NCBI RefSeq assembly: GCF_030028105.1
Contig: NC_092371.1
Coordinates: 240,344,501-240,408,500 of the forward strand
DNA length: 64,000 bases
Origin: Mobula birostris
Taxonomy: Eukaryota
Reading direction: 5' to 3'
The notes under the pieces were generated by a model that had not been told where the DNA came from, ran no database searches, and saw only the letters and a list, made by a program, of their open reading frames with translations. Numbering within the stretch: the stretch's first letter is position 1; the number at the start of each line of letters is the position of its first letter. The position numbers and the translations under genes are program-made. Below are positions 13,023 through 26,605 of the stretch, piece by piece.

Positions 13023-13765
13023 ATAAGAACATAAGAAATAGGAGCAAGAGTAGGCCATCTGGCCCGTCGAGCATACTCCGCCATTCAATAAGATCATGGC
13101 TGATCTGGCCATGGACTCATCTCCACCTTCCTGCCTTTTCCCCATAGCTCTTAATTCCCCTACTATGCAAAAATCTATCCAACATTGTCTTAAATATATT
13201 TACTGGGGTAACCTCCACTGCTTCATTGTGCAGAGGATTCCACAGATTCACCACCCTCTGGGAAAAGCAGTTCCTCATCTCCATCCTAAATCTACGCCCC
13301 CGAATCTTGAGGCTCTGTCCCCTAGTTCTAGTCTCACCTATTAGTGGAAACAACTTTTGTCTCTATCTTATCTGTCCCCTTCATAATTTTATATGTTTTT
13401 AGACCATAAGACAAAGGAGCAGAAGTCGGCCATTGGGCCCATCGAGTCTGCTCCACCACTTTATCATGAGCTGAAATTTTTATAAGATCTCCTCTCTTTT
13501 TTCTGAATTCCAACACATATAGTCCCAGGCAATTCAATCTCTCATCATAGTTTAACCCCCTCATCTCTGGAATCAGCCTGGTGAACCTCCTCTGCACTGC
13601 CTCCAAAGCCAGTATATCCTTCCTCAGGTAAGGAGACCAGAACTGCACACAGTACTCCAGGTGCAGCCTCACCAGTACCCTGTATAGTTACTGCATAACA
13701 CCTGTTCTTAAATTCAATCCCTCTAGCAATGAAGGCCAACATTCCATTTCCCTTCTTGATAGCCT
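13023..13765 (-). mobile_element. CR1 LINE 3' fragment with a short CR1 tail nested at ~13400-13478
   Basis: [16 protein letters not shown] and FSQRVVNLWN motifs; tail repeats at 13023-13040. Confidence 0.85.
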
Positions 13766-14491
13766 GAATCTCTGGCAATTCATCAGTAAAATTACACCTC
13801 CCTTTCTCCCTCTCAGTAAGGTTGCTCCTCAACGTCATCTTTTCCATTAATCATTTGTTCAGTTCCCCCTATATTTTCTTACTGGACTCAGAGTCAACAT
13901 CTGTTTGATGATATTCTCCTCTACCTCACTCCAAATGGGCCCTCTAATCATTCTGTCTGAACAATGGTTCAGATCAGCTCAGTAAATAAAATGTTTTACT
14001 GTACCCTCATGTTACCCACCGATAACTATCTGAAACTTCACTTTACCCTAGGTTTTGCCAAGTGGTCTTGAATGAAATAATTTAAAGGAAAGTCCTACAT
14101 TTCTTTATTGGACCTCAAATGCTTATAGTAAAATAGTACCGGATATCCAGAAATTATGTCATCACTTCACAATTCGAAGACAAAAAAGTACCTAACTTCC
14201 TAACACAAGTCAAAGAAGTTTCTTTGGTTCTACTTTTTTTGATAGGTACTTCTCCAAATCTTCATTACTAACACAGTCCTGTTTTCGGTTAGACAAAAAC
14301 ACTATTCTGAAAATCTAAATGAGGTTGTCTTGAGAGGAAGAAATTGGTAAATCAGCCACAAACTCTCCTCCATGTGCTCACAGCTCCCTGTGTATTGTCT
14401 TGAATACATGCTTAATGTATTTTATAGATTTTATCTTTAATATCTTAACACATTTAAAAAGAGGATCCAGTGCTTTCTCGGCATATATGAC

Positions 14492-14660
14492 GAATGAACT
14501 CTTCTCGGGCTTCCAGCAAGGTACAGGTATAGATTATAACTGCATTTTTGATGACAAGCTCTGTTATCTGCATCACTAAAGAAGATGGCAGAGTTTGTTA
14601 TTGAAGTGTCAGTTATAATTGATACCTGTACTCAGCTGGAAGAACGAGAAGAGTTTATTC
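14492..14660. repeat. Imperfect ~170-bp palindrome
   Basis: GAATGAACTCTTCTCG...GTACAGGTAT pairs with ATACCTGTAC...CGAGAAGAGTTTATTC. Confidence 0.75.
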
Positions 14661-14721
14661 ATCTTAACATGCTATTCGACAGTTGTCAAAAAGTTATTTT
14701 AGTGAACAGGGTTCAAAAACT

Positions 14722-15042
14722 TACAAGGGGCAACTGATAAGTTTGTGCCCTAAGGTAGGAGGAGTCAATTTTAGAAAACCTAGCACATTTATTTTTCCTA
14801 CATTCACACACTTAGTCCAGCGGTCGAGGAGCATACGGATCCCTTCTTTGTAGAAGTGGTCCACAGCAGGGGTGATTGATAAGTCCGTGGCCTAAGGTAG
14901 AAGGAGATGAGTCATTAACCTCAAACTTTCTGCATTTTCACTCAAAGAGTTGAGCTGCACGTGCACGTAAAGAGGGCTGTATAACTCATGTCCTTCTACC
15001 TTAGGCCACAAACTTATCAATCACCCCTACTGTGGACCACCT
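14722..15042. mobile_element. Mariner-like non-autonomous element with internal inverted repeats
   Basis: AGGGG...TGATAAGT.TGTG.CCTAAGGTAG.AGGAG occurs at 14725 and 14868, and inverted at 14990-15040. Confidence 0.55.
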
Positions 15043-15361
15043 GGATGTTGAGAGAAAGACAAAGGTTCTGAAAAGCATGGGTAGCTGAAGCTGATCCAAT
15101 GAGTTTGACCCAAGATTACAAAGATCAACATAATCTTCAGGACAAATGATAATTGGGATAGATATTAAACCCAAACTCAAACTACTAATTGTCTATTCAT
15201 TAACATCACCCACATCTCAGATCATGAGCACTGAAAAATAAAAGACAAAGATAAACTGTATGTGGCCTATCTGGTCCTATCCAATTATACTTTCATTCCT
15301 ATATTCTTTTGGATTTGGAGACAAGGAATTCTGCAAATGCTGTATATCTTGAGCAACACAC

Positions 15362-18300
15362 AACACAACATTTTAGCAAGACATTTGACAAGGTCCCACA
15401 TGGGAGTCTGGTCAAGAAGGTTCAGTCGCTCGGCATTCAAGATAGGTAGTAAATTGGATTAGACATTGGCTTTGTGGGAGAAGCCAGAGAGTGGTAGGAG
15501 AGGGCTACCTCGCTGACTGGAGGCCTGTAACTAGTGGTGTGCCTCAGGGGATCAGTACTGGGTCGTTTGCTTGTCATCTATAACAATGATCGAGATGATA
15601 ATGTGGTTCACTGGATCAGCAAATTTGTGGATGACACCAAGGCTGGGGGTTTAGTAGACAGTGAGGAAGGCTGTTATGGCTTGCAGAGGTATCTGCATCA
15701 GCTGGAAAAATGGGCCAAAGGAAAAAAAAAAGGCAGACGGAATTTAATGCAGACAAGTGCGAGGTTTTGCACTTTGGGAGGACCAACCAGGGTAGGTCTT
15801 ACACAGTAAACAATAGCTCACTGAGGTATGTGGTAGAACAAAGGGATGTGGGAACAAGTTGGAAGAGGTGCCACATTTAGATAGAGTTGTAAAGAAAAAT
15901 TTTGGCACATTGGCCTTCATAAATAAATGTATTGAATACAGAAAATGGGATGGTATGTTGAAGTAGTTGGGGCCTAATTTGAAGTATTGTGTGCCGTTTT
16001 GGGTACCTACCTACAGGAAAGATGTAAACAAGCTTGGAAGAGTACAGAGAAAATTCACAAGGATGTTACCGGGTCTGGAGGACCTGAGTTATAAGCAAAG
16101 ATTGAATAGGTTAGGACTATATTCTTTAGAACATAGAAGATTGAGAGGAGATATAATAAATGTATACAAATTTATAGGAGTATGGATAGGGTAAATGCAA
16201 GCAGACTTTTTCCATTGAGGTTGGGTGGGAATATAACCAAAAGTCATGGGTTAGGGGTGGAAGGTGAGGTTTAGAACATACATAGAACATAGAATAGTAC
16301 AGCACAGTACAGGCCCTTCAGCCCACAATGTTGTGCCGACCCTCAAACCGTGCCTCACATATAAGCTCCCACCTTAGATTCCTCCATATACCTGTCTAGT
16401 AGTCTCTTAAACTTCACTAGTGTATCTGCCTTCACCACTGACTCAGGCAGTGCATTCCACGCACCAACCACCCTCTGAGTAAAAAACCTTCCTCTAATAT
16501 CCCCCTTGAACTTCCCACCCCTTACCTTAAAGCCATGTCCTCTTGTATTGAGCAGTGGTGCCCTGGGGAAGAGGCACTGGCTATCCACTCTATCTATTCC
16601 TCTTATTATCTTGTACACCTCTATCATGTCTCCTCTCATCCTCCTCCTCTCCAAAGAGTAAAGCCCTAGCTCCCTTAATTTCTGATCATAATGCATACTT
16701 TCTAAACCAGGCAGCAACCTGGTAAATCTCCTCTGTACCCTTTCCAATGCTTCCACATCCTTCCTATAGTGAGGTGACCAGAACTGGACACAGTACTCCA
16801 AGTGTGGCCTAACCAGAGTTTTATAGAGCTGCATCATTACATCGCGACTCTTAAACTCTATCCCTCGACTTATGAAAGCTAACACCCCATAAGCTTTCTT
16901 AACTACCCTATCCACCTGTGAGGCAACTTTCAGGGATCTGTGGACATGTACCCCCAGATCCCTCTGCTCCTCCACACTACCAAGTATCCTGCCATTTACT
17001 TTGTACTCTGCCTTGGAGTTTGTCCTTTCAAAGTGTACCACCTCACACTTCTCCGGGTTGAACTCCATCTGCCACTTCTCAGCCCACTTCTGCATCCTAT
17101 CAATGTCTCTCTGCAATCTTTGACAATCCTCTACACTATCTACAACACCACCAACCTTTGTGTCGTCTGCAAACTTGCCAACCCACCCTTCTACCCCCAC
17201 ATCCAGGTCATTAATAAAAATCACGAAAAGTAGAGGTCCCAGAACAGATGCTTGTGGGACACCACTAGTCACAATCCTCCAATCTGAATGTACTCCCTCC
17301 ACCACCACCCTCTGCCTTCTGCAGGCAAGCCAATTCTGAATCCACCTGGCCAAACTTCCCTGGATCCCATGCCTTCTAACTTTCTGAATAAGCCTACCAT
17401 GTGGAACCTTGTCAAATGCCTTACTAAAATCCATATAGGTCACATCCACTGCACTACCCTCATCTATATGCCTGGTCACCTCCTCAAAGAACTCTATCAG
17501 GCTTGTTAGACACGATCTGCCCTTCACAAAACCATGCTGACTGTCCCTGATCAGACCATGATTCTCTAAATGCCTATAGATCCCATCTCTAAGAATCTTT
17601 CCCAACAGCTTTCCCACACAGACGTAAGGCTCACTGGTCTATAATTACCTGGACTATTCCTACTACCTTTTTTGAACAAGGGAACAACATTCGCCTCCCT
17701 CCAATCCTCTGGTACCATTCCTGTGGACAATGAGGACATAAAGATCCTAGCCAGAGACTCAGCAATCTCTTTTCTCGCCTCGTGGAGCAGCCTGGGGAAT
17801 ATTCCGTCAGGCCCCGGGGACTTATCTGTCCTAATGTATTTTAACAACTCCAACACCTCCTCTCCCTTAATATCAACATGCTCCAGAACATCAACCTCAC
17901 TCATATTGTCCTCACCATCATCAAGTTCCCTCTCATTGGTGAATACTGAAGAGAAGTATTCATTGAGGACCTCACTCACTTCCACAGCCTCCAGGCACAT
18001 CTTCCCACCTTTATCTCTAATTGGTCCTACCTTCACTCCTGTCATCCTTTTTTTCTTCACATAATTGAAGAATGCCTTGGGGTTTTCCTTTACCCTACTC
18101 GCCAAGGCCTTCTCATGCCCCCTTCTTGCTCTTCTCAGCCCCTTCTTAAGCTCCTTTCTTGCTTCCCTATATTCCTCAATAGACCCATCTGATCCTTGCT
18201 TCCTAAACCTCATGTATGCTGCCTTCTTCCACCTGACTAGATTTTCCACCTCACTTGTCACCCATGGTTCCTTCACCCTACCATTCTTTATCTACCTCAC

Positions 18301-18670
18301 CGGGACAAATTTATCTCTTACATCCCGCAAGAGATCTCTAAACATCGATCACATGTCCATAGTACATTTCCCTGCAAAAACATCATCCCAGTTCACACCC
18401 GCAACTTCTAGCCTTATAGCCTCATAATTTAAAGGGAACATGAGGAAAAATTTCTTCACTCAGAGGGTCATGACAATGCGGAATGAGGTACAAGCACAAG
18501 TGGCTCACGGGAGCTCGATTTGAAGAGAAGTTTGGGTAGGTACATGGATAGTAGGGATATGAAGGGCAATGGTCCCAGTGCAGATCAATGGAAGTAGACA
18601 TCTTAAATAGTTTCAGCATGAACTACATGGGCCAAAGGGCCTGTTTCTGTATTGTACTCTAACTATGAAA
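15362..18670 (+). mobile_element. Older CR1 LINE (RT to 3' end), split by a younger antisense CR1
   Basis: FDKVPH, KFVDDTK and YCVPFWVP motifs at 15362-16272; the 3' end resumes at ~18428 (AAAGGGAACATGAGGAAAAATTTCTTCACTCAGAGG). Confidence 0.8.
16272..18427 (-). mobile_element. Young 5'-truncated CR1 LINE; ORF2 nearly intact with one frameshift near 17600
   Basis: ORFs 17566-18276 (236 aa) and 16355-17617 (420 aa) overlap. Motifs NYRPVSLTS, QHGF, DFSKAFDKV, GVPQASVLGP and FADD; microsatellite tail at 16272-16295. Confidence 0.95.
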
Positions 18671-19459
18671 TGCTGGAGGAATTTAGCAGATCAGGCAGTC
18701 TCTCTACAAAGGAAAATAATGAATTGACATTTCACAATGGGACAGTCTGCTTCATTATGATTTTATAATTGATTTCCCACTCCAATTTGTACTTTGTCTT
18801 GGAACCTGAGTTTGCACTCTTAATATTAACCAGCAGGAAAAAAATGGTATTAGAAGGATATCGTTTGACAAACTTCTCCCAGTTTCTCAGGAAAAAAAAA
18901 CAATCTCAAATAAATTGGAGACACAAGAGACTGCAGAGGCTGGAAAGTAGAGCAAAAAACTAATTGCTGCAAGAACTCAGTAGGGTAAGCAGTATAATAG
19001 TTCTCAAACTCAGCAAAGCTTTGAATGTTTCTAGGAAACTTAACTTGTGTCATAGTTCTGTTCATTGGCAGAATAATTTTACTTGATCTCTGTAATAGCT
19101 GTATTGCAAAAACGTACACCCAGCAGGCTAAAAGGAAATAAACATGAAGAATAAAAAGCAGCTTCTAGTTTTTGTTTTAAGCAAGATGTGACAAAACTGG
19201 GTATTAAATCTCAGGCCGCTCACCTAGGTCAGATGTGTAGGGCAAATATTGCAAAGTCTTAAGGATGAACCGTGAAATGTCCTGGCAGCCTTTGGCAGAA
19301 GACAAAGCTGGGGAAAGACCTTTATTCTCTCTCAGATATTCTGAGATATTTATGAGCTACTGAAAGTTATGTAATTAAGGATGATTAAAGCATTAAGATG
19401 TTGCAAAAATAGTATTAATCTCAACTGACATAAGTAGCTTTAACAACTTATTCTATGAT

Positions 19460-19725
19460 AGCATAGCAGTTAACACAACGTTTTATAGAGCCAGTGATTC
19501 AGGTTCAATTCCCACTGCTGTCTGTAGGATTATACATTCTTCCCATTACTGTGTTGGCTTCCTCCCACATAGTTAGGGTTAGTGAGTAGTGCATGTTACG
19601 TCGGTGCCAGAAACATAGCAACACCTATATTTGCCACCCACACATCCTCAAACTGTGTTGATAATTGACACAATCAAACATATTTCACTGTATATTTCAA
19701 CATACATGTGACAAATAAAGGTAAT
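19460..19725 (+). mobile_element. Degenerate tRNA-derived SINE
   Basis: A-box-like TAGCATAGCAG, B-box GGTTCAATTCC, V-like core and a terminal AATAAA. Confidence 0.5.
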
Positions 19726-20205
19726 CTGTTTCACCCATCCATTTAGGCCAAGAATCAAACGAACAACATGCCTGAACCTTTCTAGGTTTAACCTCGTAGA
19801 AAATCAGGACAGTTCCTTGGTATAATACTGGGCAATCCCAACAAGATTGGGATCTGCCTTTGGCCTCAATGTGAAGTTCAGGAATAGAGTAGAGCTACTG
19901 ATATAGCAGTCTGTCACTCAGCAAGCCCTGAAGCTGCAATATATCTAGGCATGTACAGGAGTAACTTACATGGAAAGAAGCAAGCACAAACAGTTCACTA
20001 AATTGTTGGCTGACCTATTTTCCCCAAAAGGATTTTTTTTTTTAAAGTTCAAAGTAAATTTCAATTTCAATCCTATCTGGAGAGAGATTAATTTTCAGAG
20101 AACCTCCTTTTGCAGGAAGCTTTTTTTCCAATTTATGCTTTTTTTTTTAGGTAAAAATCATTCATTAGCCCTTTGTTCTAGAAAATCAAGCAAATTCGAA
20201 CTTAC

Positions 20206-20344
20206 TATTATTAGCTGATCACTATGTACTTTATCATAATCTTTCCTCTTGTTTTTCAGTATAGGTGCATGGTAAGGCATCTTGGGAAGAGGAACAAAAT
20301 TACCGGACCCAGCAATTACATTTTCTTCTTTTTGCAGTTCACAC
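20206..20344 (-). CDS. ESCO2: ESCO2 coding exon 5 (ends in first half of the PIP box)
   Basis: 139 nt; (R)CELQKEEN...KRKDYDKVHSDQLII joins DAGQK to form the QLIIDAGQK PCNA-binding motif. Confidence 0.93.
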
Positions 20345-21189
20345 CTACATAGAAAGAAATTACATTGAGGGTCTTAGAAATTAAATACTGAATTAAATTC
20401 AAAAATCACTGACATCATCTTCATTCACATTCCAGACTGGAAGACTCCTATGTAGGCCAGCTGAACTAGAATAAATGGAATGACTCGTGTGCTTCTGAAA
20501 CACTACAGAAAATTCAATCTGAATACAAATATACAAGACACATGCACACATGGGATCTTGAGACAGGAACAACAATAAATTAGTTCTATGGCTATAGAAA
20601 AATTCTGCAAATGCTTTCGTTAGTGATGCTAATCATATGAATAATTTAGGGTCTGAATTTCAGCTACTCAGCAGATTCTTCACCTCCCTTTACAAAGGTG
20701 ACACCCAAATGTGAAGATGGTTATTATTTATATAATACATGTGAAACCAAAATTCAGTAATCTGAACTAACAATTCACAGCTTTACATACAAAAAGCTCA
20801 CACAATTCAATGGTACAAACTTGCTTCTACTGCAGCAGTGTGCCTACATGCAGCGAGTGAGAGGAATTAATAATGGAAAAGGAAAGGGAGAATTAAGCAG
20901 ATAATTTTGCTTGTTTACGATATGGACGATACAAAACAAATCCTCGATGTAGATACACATTAGAAAGATGAAGAAACAGGAAAAGCACAATCATCGGGGC
21001 AGTGGCACTGAGCACATTGTTAGCAATGGGTTAACAAAGTCTCTGGGTCCTGACAGCTTTTGGTGCACCATAAAACAGTCCAGCACAGGAACAATTACAC
21101 ATTGTAAAAGAAGTGGCTTATGTAACCATAGATGCATTGGTTTTATTTTCTTAAATTCTATATTTTTTGGGGACAAGGAAAAGGGAAGA

Positions 21190-21580
21190 GGTGAGGAAAA
21201 GAGAATAATGCGAGAAACTAGAAGGTGATAGGTGGGGAAGGCAGACCTGAAGGAGGAGGGATCTGATTCGAGGACAGTAGATAATGGAATAAAGGGAAGG
21301 AGGCGAAGAACCAGAGGACAGAAGGTGAAGGTGATGGGAAGCCGTGAAACATAGGGGGGGGGGGGGGGGGAGAGGAACAGGACAGTGGTTGCTGGAAGTT
21401 AGAGAAATCGATGCTCATGCCATCAGTTGGAGACTACCAGGACAAAATGAGGTGTTGCTCCTCCATTCTGCATCTGGCTCCAACGTGGCAGAAGAGGAGG
21501 CAGATTCTGCCTGACTACGAGTTCCTCCAGAATTTTCTGTGTGTTAATCCAAATTTCCAGCATCTGCAGTCTCCAGTGTG
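21190..21580 (-). mobile_element. Penelope-like element 3' remnant
   Basis: Purine-rich tract and GGAGACTACCAGGAC...AGGTGTTGCTCCTCCA, similar to 55645-56205. Confidence 0.5.
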
Positions 21581-21642
21581 CCCACCTAACCTACTCCATT
21601 TCCCCACATTTGTTCCATATCCCTCATTTTGCTATTGGGTGT

Positions 21643-22205
21643 TTTTGACTAGTGGTGTATCACAAAGATCAGTGCTGGAACCCTTGTTCTTTGCAATATA
21701 CATAAATGATTTGGAAGAGGATGGCATGATCAGCAAGTTCACAGGTGGCATCAGGACTGATAAGAGTTGTTGATAGTGTGAAAGGTAGTCTTAGGCTGGA
21801 ATAGGCAGATTGAGTTTAATCTGTATTACTCTCCAGTTATCAATGCATTTTGAGAGCACTAACGAGACTAGGACTTACACCATGAACAGTAAAGGCTTAG
21901 GGAGAATTGAGAAACAGACAAACTTTGGAATACAAATCCATAGATTCTAGATGGTCAATAACATGGCTTATTGGATATTGGCTTTCACTAGTTGGGGCAC
22001 ATAATACAGAAATTGGAGGTTATGTTGCAATGGTGAGGCCAGATGAACACTGAGTTTTCCATTTTCAGGAAAATATTCTCCATTTCTATATCCCTCAATT
22101 TTGTATACCACATCTTGCCCTATCTTTTTCTCATCTGCTCTAGGGAGAATATACCTAGCTTTTCTAAACTCTCCTTATAAATTAATTGCTTCATCCCAGG
22201 CAATA
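21643..22205. mobile_element. Degenerate CR1 fragments (both orientations)
   Basis: SGVSQRSVLEPLFFAIYINDL on +; LPGMKQLIYKESLEKLGIFSLE on -. Confidence 0.7.
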
Positions 22206-22214
22206 TTGCATGCG

Positions 22215-22797
22215 CAGATCTCCGGTGAAAAATGATGTCGTATCTGTTAAATAGGGGCCGTGGACAATTCTGATTTGATGGAGACAGATGTGAAATCACA
22301 GAGGAACATCTGGAGAAATTTCTGAAACGCCCGTCCGCTGCTGTCGGTACTGTGTGGTCGGGAATCTTTCGGAGGATAGGCCTCAAAATCTCCGGCCTTG
22401 CCTGCTTTTGGCGACTGAGAAAGAGGTTGAATCGCTCGGACAGAGATGGCGCTCAGTACACGGTGTCGGAGAGCTGATCAGAGCTCGAAGTTTTCGGGTG
22501 ACTCAGATTTGGATTGTGGTCGGCATGGCAGGGAGAGTTCTTCCTTCTTCCGTCCGCGTGAGATGTGGGACATTTGAGGAACTTTGAACTTTACTGTGCT
22601 CACGGACTTTCTTCATCAAGTTATGGTATTGTGCACTCTTGTAACTATATGTATAATTATATGGTTCTGTCAGTTTTTTCAGTCTTGGTTTGTCCTGTGT
22701 TTTGTGATATCACACCGGAGGAAATAATGTATCATTTCTTAATGCATGCATTACTAAATGACAATAAAAAGGGATTATGTGTCTTCATAATCTAATA
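22215..22797 (+). mobile_element. Unclassified non-coding retroposon-like insert
   Basis: CpG-rich 5' half, AT-rich 3' half ending AATAAA...TAATCTAAT, resembling the Rex1/Babar tail at 45550-45572. Confidence 0.4.
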
Positions 22798-22849
22798 TTG
22801 TTACTATAGCATGGTGACCATCGTTTACTTGAGCGATGGACAGAGTCTA

Positions 22850-24670
22850 TAGAAGTGAGGCAAAACAGCAGCGAGGTCATGGAGTCTACATTAAATACAG
22901 AGGAGGAGGTTCTTGCTGTCTTGCGGCAAATTAGGGTGGACAAATTCCCAAGGCCTGACAAGGTGTTCCCTCGGACCCTGTGGGAGGCAAGTACAGAATT
23001 TGCAGGAGCCCTAGCAGAGATATTTAAATCATCCTTAGTGACAGGAGAGATACCAAAGGATTAGCGGACAGCCTATGTTGTTACACTGTTTAAGAAAGGC
23101 TTTAAGAATAAACCTGGAAAATACAGGCTGATGAACCTGACATCAGTAGTGGGAAAGTTATTGGATGTATTCTAGGGGACTTGACACGAGTATTTAGATA
23201 GACAGAGACTGCTTAGGGATAGCCAGCGTAGCTTTGTGTGTGGCAAGTCATGTCTAACCAATATGGAAGAAACACTAACCGTAACCCTAATGCAAGCTTC
23301 TGGATCCAAGTCATTTTATCTCTCCATCGTACCACCATTTACTTCATCTTCTCATCCCTTCCACCTGGCTGGTGCAATCTGGCCTTCATTCCCTCCCTAT
23401 CTGGCTCCCACATCACCCACCAGTCTCTGTCCTATCCCCACCCCCTCGTTCTGCATTATATCGGCAATCTTTCCTGGTCCCTCTCAGTACCAATGCAGGG
23501 ACTTAATCCAAAATGTCAATTTGCAATGTTTGTCTCCATAGGTGCTGTCTGACTTGCTGAATTCTTCCAAGCGTTGTTTTTTTCATTGTTTTCAAAGGTT
23601 CAAAGGTTAATTTTATTATCAAGGTATGTATGCAGAATACAACTAGAATTGTCTTCTCCAGATAGCCACAATACAGAAAACCATAGTAGTTGAAAGAAAG
23701 ACATCAACATCCCCCACTGCACAAAAAGAAAAAGAAGCAAAACTTGCAAACCCCAACCATAACTCATCATGTCCTGAGTAATCAAGAATCTATCAACCTC
23801 TGCCTTAAATATACCCAAAAACATGGCCTCTACAGCCACCTGTGGCAATGAATTCTAGATTCTAGCTAAAGAAATTCCTCCATTCTAAATGAACGTTCCT
23901 CTATTCTGAGGCTGTGCCATCTGGTCTTAGACTCCCCTATCATGGGAAACATCCTCTCCACATTCACTCTATTGAGGCCTTTCAACAGTTGATAGTCAAT
24001 GCATTTTGGAAAAGCATACAAGGGTAGGGCAGACACATAAAGAGAGGACCCCAGAGAGTGCCGATGAACATAGGGACCTTGGGTTACATGTCCACAAATT
24101 CCTCAAAAGTGCCAGTCTAGGAGGATAAACTGATGAAGAAGGCATATGTAATGGTTGTCCTCATTAGACATTGCATACAGAAGTTGGGACATCATATTAC
24201 AGCTTTATTAAACATTAAGACAGGAGTGTTGTGTGTAGATCTGGTCACCATCCGTGAGGGAAAGAAAATGTGCTGAAAAGCATGTAGAGGAGATTTGTCA
24301 GTATGCTGCCTGGATTTGAGCATTAAGATTATAAGGAGATATTACATTAGGGTGATAGAATTATGAGGGGGATAGATAGTATTTTTAAAACCCTTGAGTG
24401 GGTGGACTAAAAGAGTACATAGGTTTACAAGGCAGAGAATTTAGAGGAGTTTAGGGAGGAAATCCCCCTATAGGTGGAATGTACTGCCTGAGGAGATGTG
24501 GAAGGCAACATTTTAAGAGGCTTCCAGATAAGTACTTGAATTTTCTAGATGGTATCAAACACTACAAAACTTAACGCAAGAAAATGAGATTAGCATAGAT
24601 TGGTGCAAGAGGCGACATAGACACGAGGACCAAATGGCCAGTTTTGGTGCTTTATAACTTCAAGACTTTA
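22850..24670. mobile_element. Cluster of degenerate CR1 and Penelope-like fragments
   Basis: KFPRPDKVFPRTL and CGKSCLTN on + (22850-23265); minus-strand CR1 3' end at 23740-23995; plus-strand CR1 at 24000-24670. Confidence 0.7.
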
Positions 24671-25011
24671 TGACTATAAAGCAAAAAAAATGTACTATTA
24701 TCGATTTTGCCAGGAAAATTGAAATAAAAAATCTCACCAGTGAGAGACTGCAGAGCTTCTAAATTGAAAAGCTTCGAGTACTCCAGTGCACGATTTGCAT
24801 AAGACCAGAATGCAGATTGATAATATGTCAGGTAATTAGGAAAGCTAACAGAATATTATGGTTTATTGCTCAGGATAGTACAAAACACATAGGGATTATA
24901 TAGACAACATCTGAAGTATGATGCACAGTAAAGGTGCTAATATCTCAAAGGCGTTGTAGCAGAAGAAGCTTGCTGCCAAGAGTACATACTTAGGCCTGTT
25001 GTTAACCATAC

Positions 25012-25069
25012 CTTTTACTGCCAGGACGAGTACTGAAAATGGGGTAGACAGCTGCACTTGACAATAAAC
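25012..25069 (-). CDS. ESCO2: ESCO2 coding exon 4 (YPIF motif)
   Basis: 58 nt, AG/GT bounded; (G)LLSSAAVYPIFSTRPGSK(R); phases match both neighbours. Confidence 0.92.
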
Positions 25070-25616
25070 CTAAAAGTCAAAAATATGCATTTACAAAGGT
25101 GCTTAACTAAGGAATAGCGTAATAACAAAACCTAACACTGCGACTTCAGTAATGACAATTGCAAGAAATGTATCCTCATATAAGAGGATTTTCAATTAAA
25201 TATAAAAACTCAGCTTGAGTTTCAATAGAACTAGAATTTTTCCAACCCACAAAATAGATTTTATTTAAATTATAATTGATCTAGTATGAATCCATTCTGA
25301 TTGAATATTGGGACCCTAGATACCTTGTTCATTTAATATTGCTTCATTGCTATCATCTGACATCATTCAACAGTTCTGCACTTAACAGTCCCCAGCCTTC
25401 AGCTACTTGGTTATCTTAGTTTCAATTCTGAAATAACAATGTCATTTCTCTTTGTGTCCGACTTCCTCAGGCTTCATGCAACTGTTTACTTGCAGCCATC
25501 CCTACAGCTTGACAAAAAATTAGAAATTATATCTTACAATTGTGAAATCTACACTTAGTTGGGATTACTCTATACATTGAGTCCATACTACCTCTAATAG
25601 GTTCTCATCCATGATA

Positions 25617-26480
25617 TTCATAAGAACATAAGAAATAGGAGCAGGAGTAGGCCACCTGGCCTGTTGAGCCTGTTCCGCCATTCAGTAAGATCATGGCTGA
25701 TCTGGCCATGGGCTCATCTCCATCTACCTGCCTTTTCCCCATAATCCTTAATTCCCCTACTATGCAAAAATCCATCCAACCTTGTCTTAAATATCTTTAC
25801 TGAGCAAGCCTCCACTGCTTCATTGGACAGAGAATTCCAAACGCATAAGCAGTTCCTCCTCAGCACCATACTAAATCTACTCCCCAAATTTGTGCCCTAG
25901 TTCTAGTCTCGCCCACCAGTGGAATCAACTTTCCTGCCTCTATCTATCCCTTTCATAATTTTATATGTTTCTATAAGATCTCCTCTCATTCTTCTGAATT
26001 CCAGCGAGTACAGTCCCAGGCGACTCAATCTCTCCTCATAGTCTAACCCCCTCATCTCTGGAATCAATCTGGTGAACCTTCTCTGCACCACCTCCAAAGC
26101 CAGTATATCCTTCTTCAAGTAAGGAGACCAGAACTGCACACAGTACTCCAGGTGCAGCCTCACCAATACCCTGTACAGTTATAGCATAACCTCCTTGCCC
26201 TTAAATACAATCCCTCTAGCAATGAAGGCCAACATCCCATTTGCCTTCTTGATAGACTGCTGCACCTGCAAACCAACCTTTTGTGATTCATGCACAAGTA
26301 CTCCCAAGTCCCTCAGAATAGCAGCATGCTGCAATTTTTTTTTTTACCGTTTAAGTAATAATCTGCTTTTTCATTTTTCCTCCCAAAGTGGATAACCCCG
26401 TATTTACTAACATTGTATTCCATCTGCTAGACCCTTGCCCACTCACTTAACCCATCTATATCTCTGCAGGCTCTCTGCAT
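25617..26480 (-). mobile_element. CR1 LINE 3' fragment
   Basis: ORF 25903-26166 [20 protein letters not shown]; closely similar to 13023-13765. Confidence 0.88.
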
Positions 26481-26605
26481 CACTTAATGCATCCCTTTCT
26501 CGAGTGAAAAATGAAAAATCATATTTCACCCGAGACCAAGGCAAGAATTATTGCAGAGCAACTTTTTGTCCCATTTTATAATTATTGCTGAAAGCTAACA
26601 CAACA

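Noticed and set aside
16355-18276. Retron, DGR or group II intron type RT system, or a host RT gene
   Set aside because: Motifs and 3' tail are ordinary CR1 LINE ORF2, 5'-truncated and lacking the endonuclease.
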